64,000 nucleotides of DNA from Acidobacteriota bacterium (GTDB lineage Bacteria > Acidobacteriota > Vicinamibacteria > Vicinamibacterales > UBA823), in contig PCAK01000004.1 of NCBI GenBank assembly GCA_002730525.1, forward strand, positions 5,362 through 69,361, in the 5' to 3' direction. Shown here piece by piece: positions 1 to 8,448 of the stretch. Both the position numbers and the translations under genes were made by a program. The notes below the pieces were generated by a model. That model was not told the DNA's origin. It searched no databases and saw only the letters and a program-made list of their open reading frames with translations. How positions within the stretch are numbered: position 1 is the first letter of the stretch; each line of letters starts with the position of its first letter.

Positions 1-109
1 CGAGGTGCCGCGCGATCCCGTAGCCGTGCTGGGCGCCGCGGGTGAGCGTCTTCAGGATCAGAAGATCCAGCGTGCCGGGCAGAAGGTCGGAGTTGTCGGT
101 CGTTCCCAT
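1..109 (-). CDS. PadR-family transcriptional regulator, first 36 codons only (gene runs off the left edge)
   Basis: Reverse-strand ATG at 109. Translation MGTTDNSDLLPGTLDLLILKTLTRGAQHGYGIARHL matches the PadR winged-helix N-terminus. Absent from the ORF track because the window edge cuts it. Confidence 0.7.
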   Translation of the reverse strand, partial: MGTTDNSDLLPGTLDLLILKTLTRGAQHGYGIARHL

Positions 110-127
110 CGTCTATCGATGGGAGAA

Positions 128-151
128 TGACACGCTCGAAAGATCGTGTCA
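128..151. promoter_or_regulatory. Perfect 7-bp inverted repeat TGACACG-N10-CGTGTCA in the divergent PadR / TonB-receptor intergenic region (candidate PadR operator)
   Basis: tgacacg at 128-134 and cgtgtca at 145-151 are exact reverse complements. The site lies between two divergent starts (109 and 216). PadR proteins bind palindromes in their own promoter regions. Confidence 0.3.
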
Positions 152-215
152 ACCTAGACTAGCACCCCTTGCGGAGGGGGCAGACTCTCCCCCCGCAATA
201 AGTTTCCGATCACTC

Positions 216-2360
216 ATGAGAAGCGTCATCATCGCGCTGCTGGCTCTCGGGCTGGTGGGCGACGTAACCGGTCAGGCGCAAACGGGATCCGTCCGGGTCG
301 AGGTCGTCACCGGCACGAGCGAGCCGGTGGCCGCTGCGGACGTCGTCGCCGAAGGCGTGACATACCAAACAGATGAACTGGGCATTGCCGTGCTGGACGT
401 CCCAGCGGGCGTCGTGCAAGTGACTGTCGTGCGGGAAGGGTTCGTCCCGATCACCCTCTCCATAGATGTCGTGGTGGGACGGGAGCAGCGGGTCAGCGTC
501 GAACTCGCGCAGGCGCCGACGGTCGAAGAGGAGGTGACGGTCGTGGCCAGCACGCGGACCGAGCGGCGTATCGAGGATCAGCCGATGCGGGTCGAGGTGC
601 TCAATCGCGAAGAGGTGGAAGAGAAGATGCTGATGACGCCGGGCGACATCGGCATGTTGCTGAACGAAACCGGCGGGCTTCGCGTGCAGACGACGTCGCC
701 CTCACTCGGTGCGTCGAGTGTTCGAATTCAGGGGATGCGTGGTCGCTACACGCGCTTCCTGTCCGACGGCCTCCCGGTCTTTGGCAGCCAACCTAGCGGT
801 ATCGGACTGCTCCAGATCCCACCGATGGACTTGCATCAGGTCGAGGTGGTCAAGGGCGTGGCGTCGGCGTTCTATGGCGCCGGCGCACTCGGGGGAGTCG
901 TCAATCTTCTGTCTCGCCGGCCGGGCGACGAACCCGAACGCGAGGTCCTCGTCAATCAGACGACACGGGGCGGAACGGACGGACTCCTGTGGCTCTCGAC
1001 GCCTCTGTCCGACCGCTGGGGCCTCACCTTCCTCGGCGGTGGCCACGTCCAGGACCAGACGGATGTCGATGGTGACGGGTGGTCCGATCTGGCCCACTAC
1101 GAACGCGGTGTTGTTCGGCCAAGACTATTCTGGGACGACGGGCAAGGGCAGTCCTTCTTTCTCACGGTGGGCACGACGGTGGAGAACCGGAACGGCGGCA
1201 CGCAACCAGGTGCCGTCCTGCCGGCGACCGGAGTCCCGTACCCGAAAGCGCTCGAGACACGGCGCTTCGATGTCGGCATGTTGTGGCAGATGTTGGCGGC
1301 TCGACGCTACGTCGTCACGGCCCGGGCCACCACGGCTCGTCAGTGGCACGAGCACCAATTCGGAGAGGTGCGAGAACAGGATCGCCACGGCACCGACTTC
1401 GCGGAAGTTACCCTGCGAGGTTCGACCGGGAGGCACACATGGGTGGGCGGTCTCGCCGTCGAACGAGATACCTACGACCCGACCGACCTGCCGCACTTTG
1501 CCTATCGCTATACGACGCCAGGCGTGTTTGTGCAGGACGACATCGACATCAGACCGTGGCTCGCGCTGTCGGCAAGCGGACGCCTGGACCACCACAGCGA
1601 GTACGGCACGTTCTTCAGCCCTCGCGTGTCGGCGCTCTTACGGTCCGACGGCTGGTCGACGCGTCTCTCGACCGGTAGCGGATTCTTCGGTCCCTCCGTG
1701 CTCACCGAGGAAACCGAAGCGGCCGGCCTGACCCGTCTGCAGGTGAACGCTCCATTGCAGGCAGAGCGAGGACGGAGCGTGTCGATCGACGTCACACGCA
1801 CGCAGGGTCCCTTCTCGTATACCGCCACCTTCTTCGGGTCACGCATCGCTCACCCCATCAAGATCGACCGGCCGACCTACACGCTCCAGAACCTGATCGA
1901 ACCGACCACGAACAGGGGCGTGGAGCTGCTCGGCCTGTTTCGCCGGTCACCGTTCGCCCTCACCGCCAGCTATACCTACGTGCAGTCGCGCGAAACGGAA
2001 GGGGGCGTCACGAGCGACGTGGAACTCACGCCACGTCACAGCGTCGGCCTCGTCGGGATGTGGGAGAACGAAGACGGGCGAGTTGGGGTCGAGTGGTACC
2101 ACACCGGACGCCAACGACTCGAGGACAACCCCTATCGCGGGACGAGCGAGCCCTACAACATCGTTGGCGTGCTGATCGAGCGGCGGGTGGGCCCATTGCG
2201 CCTCTTCATCAACGGCGAGAACCTGACCGACACACGCCAGACCCGATGGGACGATCCGTCTCTCCGCCCCGACCGCGCCGCCGACGGCCGCTGGACGGTC
2301 GATGCCTGGGCACCGCTCGATGGTCGTGTCATCAACGGTGGTGTGAGGGTAGGCTTCTAG
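216..2360 (+). CDS. TonB-dependent outer-membrane receptor with N-terminal carboxypeptidase-regulatory-like domain
   Basis: ORF 42..2360. Start moved to ATG 216 because of the signal peptide MRSVIIALLALGLVGDVTGQAQ. Plug-domain motifs GGLRVQTTSPSLGASSVRIQGMRGRYTRFLSDGLP and EVVKGVASAFYGAGALGGVVNL. Long beta-barrel ending in ...GGVRVGF. Confidence 0.85.
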   Translation: MRSVIIALLALGLVGDVTGQAQTGSVRVEVVTGTSEPVAAADVVAEGVTYQTDELGIAVLDVPAGVVQVTVVREGFVPITLSIDVVVGREQRVSVELAQAPTVEEEVTVVASTRTERRIEDQPMRVEVLNREEVEEKMLMTPGDIGMLLNETGGLRVQTTSPSLGASSVRIQGMRGRYTRFLSDGLPVFGSQPSGIGLLQIPPMDLHQVEVVKGVASAFYGAGALGGVVNLLSRRPGDEPEREVLVNQTTRGGTDGLLWLSTPLSDRWGLTFLGGGHVQDQTDVDGDGWSDLAHYERGVVRPRLFWDDGQGQSFFLTVGTTVENRNGGTQPGAVLPATGVPYPKALETRRFDVGMLWQMLAARRYVVTARATTARQWHEHQFGEVREQDRHGTDFAEVTLRGSTGRHTWVGGLAVERDTYDPTDLPHFAYRYTTPGVFVQDDIDIRPWLALSASGRLDHHSEYGTFFSPRVSALLRSDGWSTRLSTGSGFFGPSVLTEETEAAGLTRLQVNAPLQAERGRSVSIDVTRTQGPFSYTATFFGSRIAHPIKIDRPTYTLQNLIEPTTNRGVELLGLFRRSPFALTASYTYVQSRETEGGVTSDVELTPRHSVGLVGMWENEDGRVGVEWYHTGRQRLEDNPYRGTSEPYNIVGVLIERRVGPLRLFINGENLTDTRQTRWDDPSLRPDRAADGRWTVDAWAPLDGRVINGGVRVGF

Positions 2361-2398
2361 TTGGTGCCGAAGTAATCCGTAGCCGGCACGTTCGCCGC

Positions 2399-2404
2399 TA
2401 TAAT
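2399..2404 (+). promoter_or_regulatory. Candidate -10 box (perfect TATAAT) upstream of the alpha/beta hydrolase gene
   Basis: gctataatcccc, 19 nt upstream of ATG 2424, followed by SD gaggagg. A perfect AT hexamer in an intergenic gap of a GC-rich genome. Confidence 0.4.
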
Positions 2405-2423
2405 CCCCGCTTGAGGAGGCCCG

Positions 2424-3467
2424 ATGACCATCGAACGCCCCGCCCCGACCTCGCTCCCCGTGGTGCTGTTGCTCCTGACCGCGCTGGCGCTCGCCTGGCC
2501 GACCGCGCTCGCGGCACAGTCCCATCAGCCGCCGCCCGAGCCGCCCGCTGCCTGGGGGCCGATCTCGATCAACATGGAGGAGATCGAATACCCGCATCCG
2601 GTGGAGTTCATGAACTTCAGCGTCTACGGCCAGGACGTGCGGATTGCCTACATGGACGTCGCGCCGGTGGGCCCGGCGAACGGCCGCGCCGTGGTCTTTC
2701 ACCACGGCGGCAGCTACTACGGCTGGTACTGGGAGGCGCAGATCGAGGCCCTGATCAATGCCGGCTACCGGGTGGTCGTGAAAGACCGGCTGGGATGGGG
2801 CAAGTCGTCGAAGCCGATCCTCCCGTACAGCATGAGCCTGCACGCTTCGAACACGGCCCGGTTGATGGAGCACCTCGGCATCGCCGAGGCCGGCATCGTC
2901 GGCCATTCGATCGGTGGGCAGATGGCCACGCGGTTCGCGTTTCTCTATCCGGAGAAGACGACGCACCTCGTGACCGTGAACCAGATCGGCCTGACCGATC
3001 GTCGGGCGGGACGAGGATTCAGTCCGTTCGACGGCGAGATCGACGCCGACCCGGAGATGCAGAGCGCGTACGAAGCCGACGTGCGGACCGACACGCGCCG
3101 CTACGTCGAGTGGAAGCCGGAGTTTCTCAAGCATCTTCGCATCCGGCATGGACAGCGGTTGAGCGGCGACTGGCCGCGCCTCGCCTACGTGCGCCGGCTC
3201 GGCGGGAACCTGCGATCGATGGACGCGGTGGTCGATGACTGGCCCCACATCCTGACGAAGACGATGATTCTCGGCGGCGAGATCGACGGGCCCGACTTCC
3301 CCGATAACGCGCGGCGTGCCGTGGAGATTCTCCCCAATGCAGAGGTCTTTCTCATCCCGAACGTCGGCCACAACCCGCACGAAGAAGTGCCCGACATCGT
3401 CAACGCCGAGCTGATCCGCTTTCTCGGCAGCGACCCCGACGAGTCGGCCGGGAAGAGCGGACGCTAG
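2424..3467 (+). CDS. Secreted alpha/beta-fold hydrolase
   Basis: Signal peptide (LLLLTALALAWPTALAAQ), HHGG oxyanion region, nucleophile elbow GHSIGGQ, C-terminal VGHNPHEE (catalytic His). SD gaggagg upstream. Confidence 0.8.
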   Translation: MTIERPAPTSLPVVLLLLTALALAWPTALAAQSHQPPPEPPAAWGPISINMEEIEYPHPVEFMNFSVYGQDVRIAYMDVAPVGPANGRAVVFHHGGSYYGWYWEAQIEALINAGYRVVVKDRLGWGKSSKPILPYSMSLHASNTARLMEHLGIAEAGIVGHSIGGQMATRFAFLYPEKTTHLVTVNQIGLTDRRAGRGFSPFDGEIDADPEMQSAYEADVRTDTRRYVEWKPEFLKHLRIRHGQRLSGDWPRLAYVRRLGGNLRSMDAVVDDWPHILTKTMILGGEIDGPDFPDNARRAVEILPNAEVFLIPNVGHNPHEEVPDIVNAELIRFLGSDPDESAGKSGR

Positions 3468-3515
3468 ACCAGGCGGAGCGTGCTGGACGTGACTCTCGCG
3501 CCCCGAGGAGCACTG

Positions 3516-4274
3516 ATGCCGATTGCCCGTGTTGTGGTCGTCGCATCGCTTGCCGGTCTCGCAGCGTGCGGCGGCGAACGCTCCGCCATCGAGACACTCG
3601 AGCCCGGCATCGTGAAGATCGCCGTGACCAGCACGACCGCAGCCGATCCGCTCAGCACCACGCTCTGGATGTATCGCTACGCCGAGCAGCTCGGCCGGGA
3701 TCTGGACCTTCGCATCGTGTGGGAAGTGGTGCCGTTCGACAGATCGTGGGAGCTCGCGGGCCAGGACGTCGTCGACGTGGTCGCGACGAACGTTGCCAGC
3801 TTTCCCGATCGCGTCAGCCCGGGCGGCACGTTCTCGGAGCCGTTTCTCTTTGAGCAGCGGGCGCTCCGGATCCTGGCGGCCGATCGATCGCAGTACCGCA
3901 CCATTGCCGACTTTGTTGGCAAGAAAGTGGGCGCCGTCACCGGCATGGCTGCCGAACGCGACTTGCTGCGGCGCGCGCCCGACGGCGTGGAGATTGTCTC
4001 CACGACGACGTTCCCTGAACTCTACGAGCAGTTCGACGCGGGGGAGCTGGATGCCGTCGCCGAAGCGGAGTACTTCGCCCTCGACGGCCGCGTCATCCCC
4101 TCATACGGTCCGGAGATCGCGCTGATCGACCATCACGACTTGAATCCCGGTGAGCGCGAGGAATCGGTGTTCGTCGTTCGCGACAGCAGCACGAACCTGC
4201 TCGAGGCGGTGAACGCGTTCGTGGCGCGGACGCCGTTTCCGCTCCATCTGGCACCTGAAGACGGCGCACCCTGA
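3516..4274 (+). CDS. Lipoprotein with periplasmic solute-binding (PBP type 2 / SBP family 3-like) domain
   Basis: ORF 3480..4274. ATG 3516 preferred because of SD gaggag and the lipobox LAGLAAC-GG. Two-lobe SBP-like sequence (KIAVTS..., GKKVGAVTGMAAE...). No ABC permease or ATPase gene is adjacent. Confidence 0.55.
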   Translation: MPIARVVVVASLAGLAACGGERSAIETLEPGIVKIAVTSTTAADPLSTTLWMYRYAEQLGRDLDLRIVWEVVPFDRSWELAGQDVVDVVATNVASFPDRVSPGGTFSEPFLFEQRALRILAADRSQYRTIADFVGKKVGAVTGMAAERDLLRRAPDGVEIVSTTTFPELYEQFDAGELDAVAEAEYFALDGRVIPSYGPEIALIDHHDLNPGEREESVFVVRDSSTNLLEAVNAFVARTPFPLHLAPEDGAP

Positions 4275-4415
4275 CGGCCCTGGCCGCGGCTGTCGTCGCG
4301 GAGCCGGATCCCGTCGACGTGGTTCACCACGAAGTCCTGGATGAAGGCGTAGCAGGCTCAAGGGCAACCTCCGGGGCTCTGTAACATCCGCGGCAAGAAT
4401 TCCGTCTCTCCAAAT

Positions 4416-4856
4416 ATGATGAACCTGCTCCTCAACGTCATCTGGATAGTCTTCGGTGGCCTCGAGATGGCCTTCGGCTGGCTGGTGGCCGCCGCCGTCT
4501 TCACCGTGTCAATCGTCGGGATCCCCTGGGCCCGCGCCGCCTTCAACATGGCGCTCTTCCATCTCTGGCCCTTCGGTCGGGAGATCGTCGATCGGGATGA
4601 GATGACCGGCCGCGAGGACCTCGGCACCGGCGCCCTGGGCCTGCTGGGCAACGTCGTCTGGTTCGTTCTGGCCGGCTGGTGGCTGGCACTCGGCCACGTC
4701 TTCTTCGCCGGAGCCCTGGCGATCACGATCATCGGCATCCCCTTTGCGTGGCAGCATCTGAAACTGGCGGGGATGGCGGTGGCACCGGTCGGGAAGATGG
4801 TCGTCGACAAGCCGGTCGCGGCACACACGCGCCATCTCGACTGGCGGACCGCCTGA
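4416..4856 (+). CDS. yccF: YccF-family inner-membrane protein
   Basis: MMNLLLNVIWIVFGGLEMAFGWL...IVGIPWA... repeated as ...NVVWFVLAGWWLALGH...IIGIPFA. This is the duplicated YccF domain pattern. Confidence 0.8.
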   Translation: MMNLLLNVIWIVFGGLEMAFGWLVAAAVFTVSIVGIPWARAAFNMALFHLWPFGREIVDRDEMTGREDLGTGALGLLGNVVWFVLAGWWLALGHVFFAGALAITIIGIPFAWQHLKLAGMAVAPVGKMVVDKPVAAHTRHLDWRTA

Positions 4857-4919
4857 CGCTCGCGACCGGGGGTCGGACGGATTCAGCGGCGACGTCCCGG
4901 GCCCACCGCTCGCGCCGGC

Positions 4920-5822
4920 TTACTCCACCAGCGCGAACGCGTTCAATGGTGACGCCGTGGCGCCGCGGTAGCGCAGCGGGTTGATGACGAGCGCGAACTC
5001 ACCGCGGCTGCCGGCCAGCTCGCTGCCCAGCGCCTCCAGGTTCATGTTCTCGACCAGGTAGACCCCGGCGCCGGGGATCAGCGTTCGGTGGGCCGGGAAC
5101 TCCGTGCCGGCCTCGGGCACGACGTCGAACGTGAGGGTGTCCATGCCGGCCAGAAACGGGTTCTGCTCGGCGAGCCAGGTCGCGCCCGCTTCGCCCACGC
5201 CCGGGCGGAAGCCGGTGTAGCGCGCCTGATCACCCTCAAAGAAGGCGCCGAATCCGGTGCGGATCACGATGGAATCGCCGGCGCGCAGTTCGACGCCCTG
5301 CGCCGCGACCGTCCCCTCGAGATCCTCCGGCGTGATCTCGTAGCCCGGGTCCAGCGCATCGACGCCCTTGTAGCGCGCCACGTCGAGCAGCACGCCCCGG
5401 TTGATGAACTTGTCGCTCGGGTAGTTCTCGATGCCCAGCGCCGTGAGGCCGGCGTCGGACTCACTGTCCGTCGCACTCACGCCGCCGTAGAGCTGGCCGT
5501 CGTGCGAGATGTGGCCGATCGCGTCGATCGTCGGCGCGCCGTGCTGCCCACTGGTCTCCATCACATCGCCGGCGAACGCCAGCCCGCCCGGCATCGACGC
5601 GGCCGTGTTGGCGTGCGTGGACGGCAGGCTTATCCTGAAGGGCGGGTTCAGCTCGAGCACGGGCGCGTCGTTGCCCCAGATGAAGTTCAGCTCTATGACG
5701 CGGGCACCGGTGACGGTGTCGAGCAGGCTCGGGGGCGGCGACGCCTCCTCCACGGTGGGGGCGGCTGGCGCGCAGGCCGCAAGCAACGTCAGCGTCGCGA
5801 GGACCGAAAGGAGTCGAGGCAT
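4920..5822 (-). CDS. Cyclase-family (kynurenine-formamidase-like fold) lipoprotein
   Basis: ORF 4920..5879. Start moved to the Met giving MPRLLSVLATLTLLAACAPA (lipobox). SGQHGAPTIDAIGHISHDG resembles the HxGTHxDxPxH cyclase motif. C-terminal LVENMNLEAL is typical of the family. Confidence 0.6.
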   Translation of the reverse strand: MPRLLSVLATLTLLAACAPAAPTVEEASPPPSLLDTVTGARVIELNFIWGNDAPVLELNPPFRISLPSTHANTAASMPGGLAFAGDVMETSGQHGAPTIDAIGHISHDGQLYGGVSATDSESDAGLTALGIENYPSDKFINRGVLLDVARYKGVDALDPGYEITPEDLEGTVAAQGVELRAGDSIVIRTGFGAFFEGDQARYTGFRPGVGEAGATWLAEQNPFLAGMDTLTFDVVPEAGTEFPAHRTLIPGAGVYLVENMNLEALGSELAGSRGEFALVINPLRYRGATASPLNAFALVE

Positions 5823-5916
5823 CTGGTGGTTTCTCCTTGAAAAACGACAAAGCCGCCTGACGGAGCCAGATAGTAGCACGGCGCCGAGAGCGCTACGATG
5901 CAGCTTCCCGCGCCGG

Positions 5917-5922
5917 TATAAT
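5917..5922 (+). promoter_or_regulatory. Candidate -10 box (TATAAT) inside a 17-nt motif shared with position 27343
   Basis: cccgcgccggtataatt at 5907-5923 is identical to 27343-27359. It lies 64 nt upstream of ATG 5987. Confidence 0.4.
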
Positions 5923-5986
5923 TCTTCCCTTCGCCGGGCCCGCCGACATCGGGGCGACGGCGCGGACGAGAGTCGCAGGAACTGAG

Positions 5987-6853
5987 ATGATGAGACCTGT
6001 CACCGTGGCCGCCGCGCTGCTGCTGTTCCTCGGAGCCTGCGCCCAGCCAGAACCCGAACCGACGCCCGCAACGCCCGAGCCGTCCGTTGCCGATGACGTG
6101 TTGTTCACGGTGCTGGGCAAGATGTCGCTCCACGACCAGTCGGCCGACGGCGAGATCAGCCTGCGCGATCATCACTTCGTCACCGAGATCATGCCGAAGG
6201 CGGGACGCACGATCGTCGTCGGCACGCTCACCAGCGCCAACCGCCCGGACGAGGTGCTCGAGTTCGCCGCGGAGGGCAACGCCTTCCTGGCGCATGGGGA
6301 GCGGGTGATGGAACCGGCCGCGCTGCATGTCGCGCATCCCGACGGGACCTACATCTTCAGCTACGAGACGCAGAGCGGGTCGATGGAACGGCAGCCGCTG
6401 ACGCTCACGAAGCGGTCGACGATAGAAGGCATGCTCGAGGCCGCCCGCGTCACGCTCCGCCAGGATGGCGAGGCGGTCTCTCCCTCGCGCATCGATCCCG
6501 ATGCCGATCTGAACGTGGCGTGGACCTCGATGGCGGGAAACGCCCGCGTGGCAACGAGCGAACTGGGCGACCTCATCTTCATCCCGGCGTTCGACTGCTT
6601 CGGCAACAACGTCGCCCACAGCGGTCGACCGTTCCAGGGCGGTCCGTACCTCACGTACGAGGATACCGAGTACGTCATTGCGGCGGACGCGCTGAAGCCG
6701 GGCCTGAACTATTCGGTCATCGTCGAGCAGGCCACCGCCGACACGGAGCGGCATGAAGGCGTGCCCGGGATCGCCACGTACGCCACACTCACGTTCGTCG
6801 ATCTGTCCACGATGGGCGAAGCCCCGGACGGGGAAGCCTGTCCAGCCAATTGA
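5987..6853 (+). CDS. Hypothetical lipoprotein (no family recognised)
   Basis: MMRPVTVAAALLLFLGACAQPEPEP lipobox with a Pro/Glu linker. Coding-like composition over 288 codons. No motif I can name. Confidence 0.55.
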   Translation: MMRPVTVAAALLLFLGACAQPEPEPTPATPEPSVADDVLFTVLGKMSLHDQSADGEISLRDHHFVTEIMPKAGRTIVVGTLTSANRPDEVLEFAAEGNAFLAHGERVMEPAALHVAHPDGTYIFSYETQSGSMERQPLTLTKRSTIEGMLEAARVTLRQDGEAVSPSRIDPDADLNVAWTSMAGNARVATSELGDLIFIPAFDCFGNNVAHSGRPFQGGPYLTYEDTEYVIAADALKPGLNYSVIVEQATADTERHEGVPGIATYATLTFVDLSTMGEAPDGEACPAN

Positions 6854-6857
6854 GCGC

Positions 6858-8426
6858 ATGCCTCTCATGATCCAGTCACTGACGCCCCGCCCGTTGATGC
6901 TCTTCGTTCTGGCAGGCCTGGTTCTCGCGGCCGCGCACCTCGGACACGCCCAGGTCCCGAGCGCCGAGTCGAAGCCCAACATCCTCTTTATTTCGGTGGA
7001 CGACCTGAACGATTGGGTCGGGTTCATGAACGGCCATCCGGGGATGACGATCCAGACGCCCAATCTGGACCGCCTGGCCGCGTCGTCGATGATTTTCACC
7101 AACGCGCACACGCCGGCGCCGGCCTGCGCCCCCACGCGCGCGGCGATTCTGAGCGGCGTGCACCACACGCGGTCGGGCGCGGAGAACGTCTACTGGGGCG
7201 ACGAGCCGAGATGGCGGGAGTTCGAGGCGCTACGTGACGTGGAGACCCTCGAGCAGTTCTTCAAGAACCGGGGCTACAAGACCCTCGGGGCCGGGAAGAT
7301 TTATCACAGCCAGGCCCCGCCCTGGTCGCCGACGAGCCAGGTCGAACCGGCCAACTGGGACTTCTATTACCCGAGTGCCTACATCTCGCATCCTTTTCAG
7401 ATTCGGGCGCCCGAGGACGTGATCTACCCGGCCGACGTCGACAACACGACCCGGCCGGGCGGAGAACGCGGCTGGTGGACCTGGGGTCCGGTGCCGGTCG
7501 AGGACGACAAGATGGCCGACTACCATGTCGTCGACTGGGCCCGGTACCAGCTCGGCCAGGAACACGACCGACCGTTCTTCCTGGCGGTCGGCACCTGGAA
7601 GCCACACGACCCGTGGGAGGTGCCGCAGAAGTACTTCGACATCTATCCCCTCGACGAGATCGTCCTGCCCGAGGTCAAAGATGATGACCTCGAGGATGCG
7701 TTCGACCATGGACGCCGCTGGATCCATCAGTGGGCGGTCGACAACCGGCAGTGGGAGAAGGTGGTCCAGTCGTACGCGGCGTCGATCACGTTCGCCGACG
7801 CGCAGATCGGGCGATTGCTCGATGCTTTCGAGAACTCGCAGCATGCCGATGACACGATCGTGATGCTCTGGTCCGATCACGGCATGCACATGGGCGAGAA
7901 GGAGAACATCGAGAAGTTCACGCTCTGGGAGGAATCGACCCGCGTCCCGCTGATCGTCTCGGTTCCCGGCGTCACGCGGCCGGGAACGTCGAGCGACCAG
8001 CCGGTCAGCCTGATGGATCTCTATCCCACCCTGGTCGACCTGGCCGGGTTCGATCCGCCATCACACCTGGATGGACGCAGCCTGGTTCCGCAGCTCGAGG
8101 ATCCGGAGCGCGCGACGCCGCCGGTCGTGACCAGCTATCAGTTCACCTGGACCGACGAGCCGGTCATAGGGCACACGGTGAGAAGCGAGCGGTACCGGTA
8201 CATCTACTATCCCGAGATCAACCTCGAGGAACTCTACGACCACGACGTCGACCCGAGCGAGTGGGACAACGTCGCCTACCAGCCGGCGAACCAGGCGATC
8301 GTCCGGGAGCACCGACAGGTACTGCTCGGGATGTTGCCGGACCTGACCTGGGACGCGGGTGAGCCCGAGGGATATGCCGTCGATGGGGACGGAAACATCC
8401 GCAAGATTGGATACCGTTCCTACTAG
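6858..8426 (+). CDS. Secreted sulfatase (formylglycine type)
   Basis: ORF 6753..8426. Start moved to ATG 6858 (signal peptide LMLFVLAGLVLAAAHLGHAQ). NILFISVDDLNDW metal site, CAPTRAAILSG matches the C-x-P-x-R formylglycine signature, then WSDHGMHMGEK. Confidence 0.85.
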   Translation: MPLMIQSLTPRPLMLFVLAGLVLAAAHLGHAQVPSAESKPNILFISVDDLNDWVGFMNGHPGMTIQTPNLDRLAASSMIFTNAHTPAPACAPTRAAILSGVHHTRSGAENVYWGDEPRWREFEALRDVETLEQFFKNRGYKTLGAGKIYHSQAPPWSPTSQVEPANWDFYYPSAYISHPFQIRAPEDVIYPADVDNTTRPGGERGWWTWGPVPVEDDKMADYHVVDWARYQLGQEHDRPFFLAVGTWKPHDPWEVPQKYFDIYPLDEIVLPEVKDDDLEDAFDHGRRWIHQWAVDNRQWEKVVQSYAASITFADAQIGRLLDAFENSQHADDTIVMLWSDHGMHMGEKENIEKFTLWEESTRVPLIVSVPGVTRPGTSSDQPVSLMDLYPTLVDLAGFDPPSHLDGRSLVPQLEDPERATPPVVTSYQFTWTDEPVIGHTVRSERYRYIYYPEINLEELYDHDVDPSEWDNVAYQPANQAIVREHRQVLLGMLPDLTWDAGEPEGYAVDGDGNIRKIGYRSY

Positions 8427-8448
8427 ACCCGTTCGACTGGAGGGGATC

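Noticed and set aside
1947-3380. Long antisense ORFs. Examples: 1947..3380 (-), 5789..7168 (-), 20301..22148 (-), 25272..26798 (-), 47076..48440 (-), 56276..57775 (-), 59553..61580 (-), 17813..18997 (+), 45622..46782 (+).
   Set aside because: They lie opposite genes with strong family motifs. Their translations are Arg/Pro/Gly/Ala-rich low-complexity sequence with no recognisable motifs. They span gene boundaries, which is typical of shadow ORFs in GC-rich DNA.
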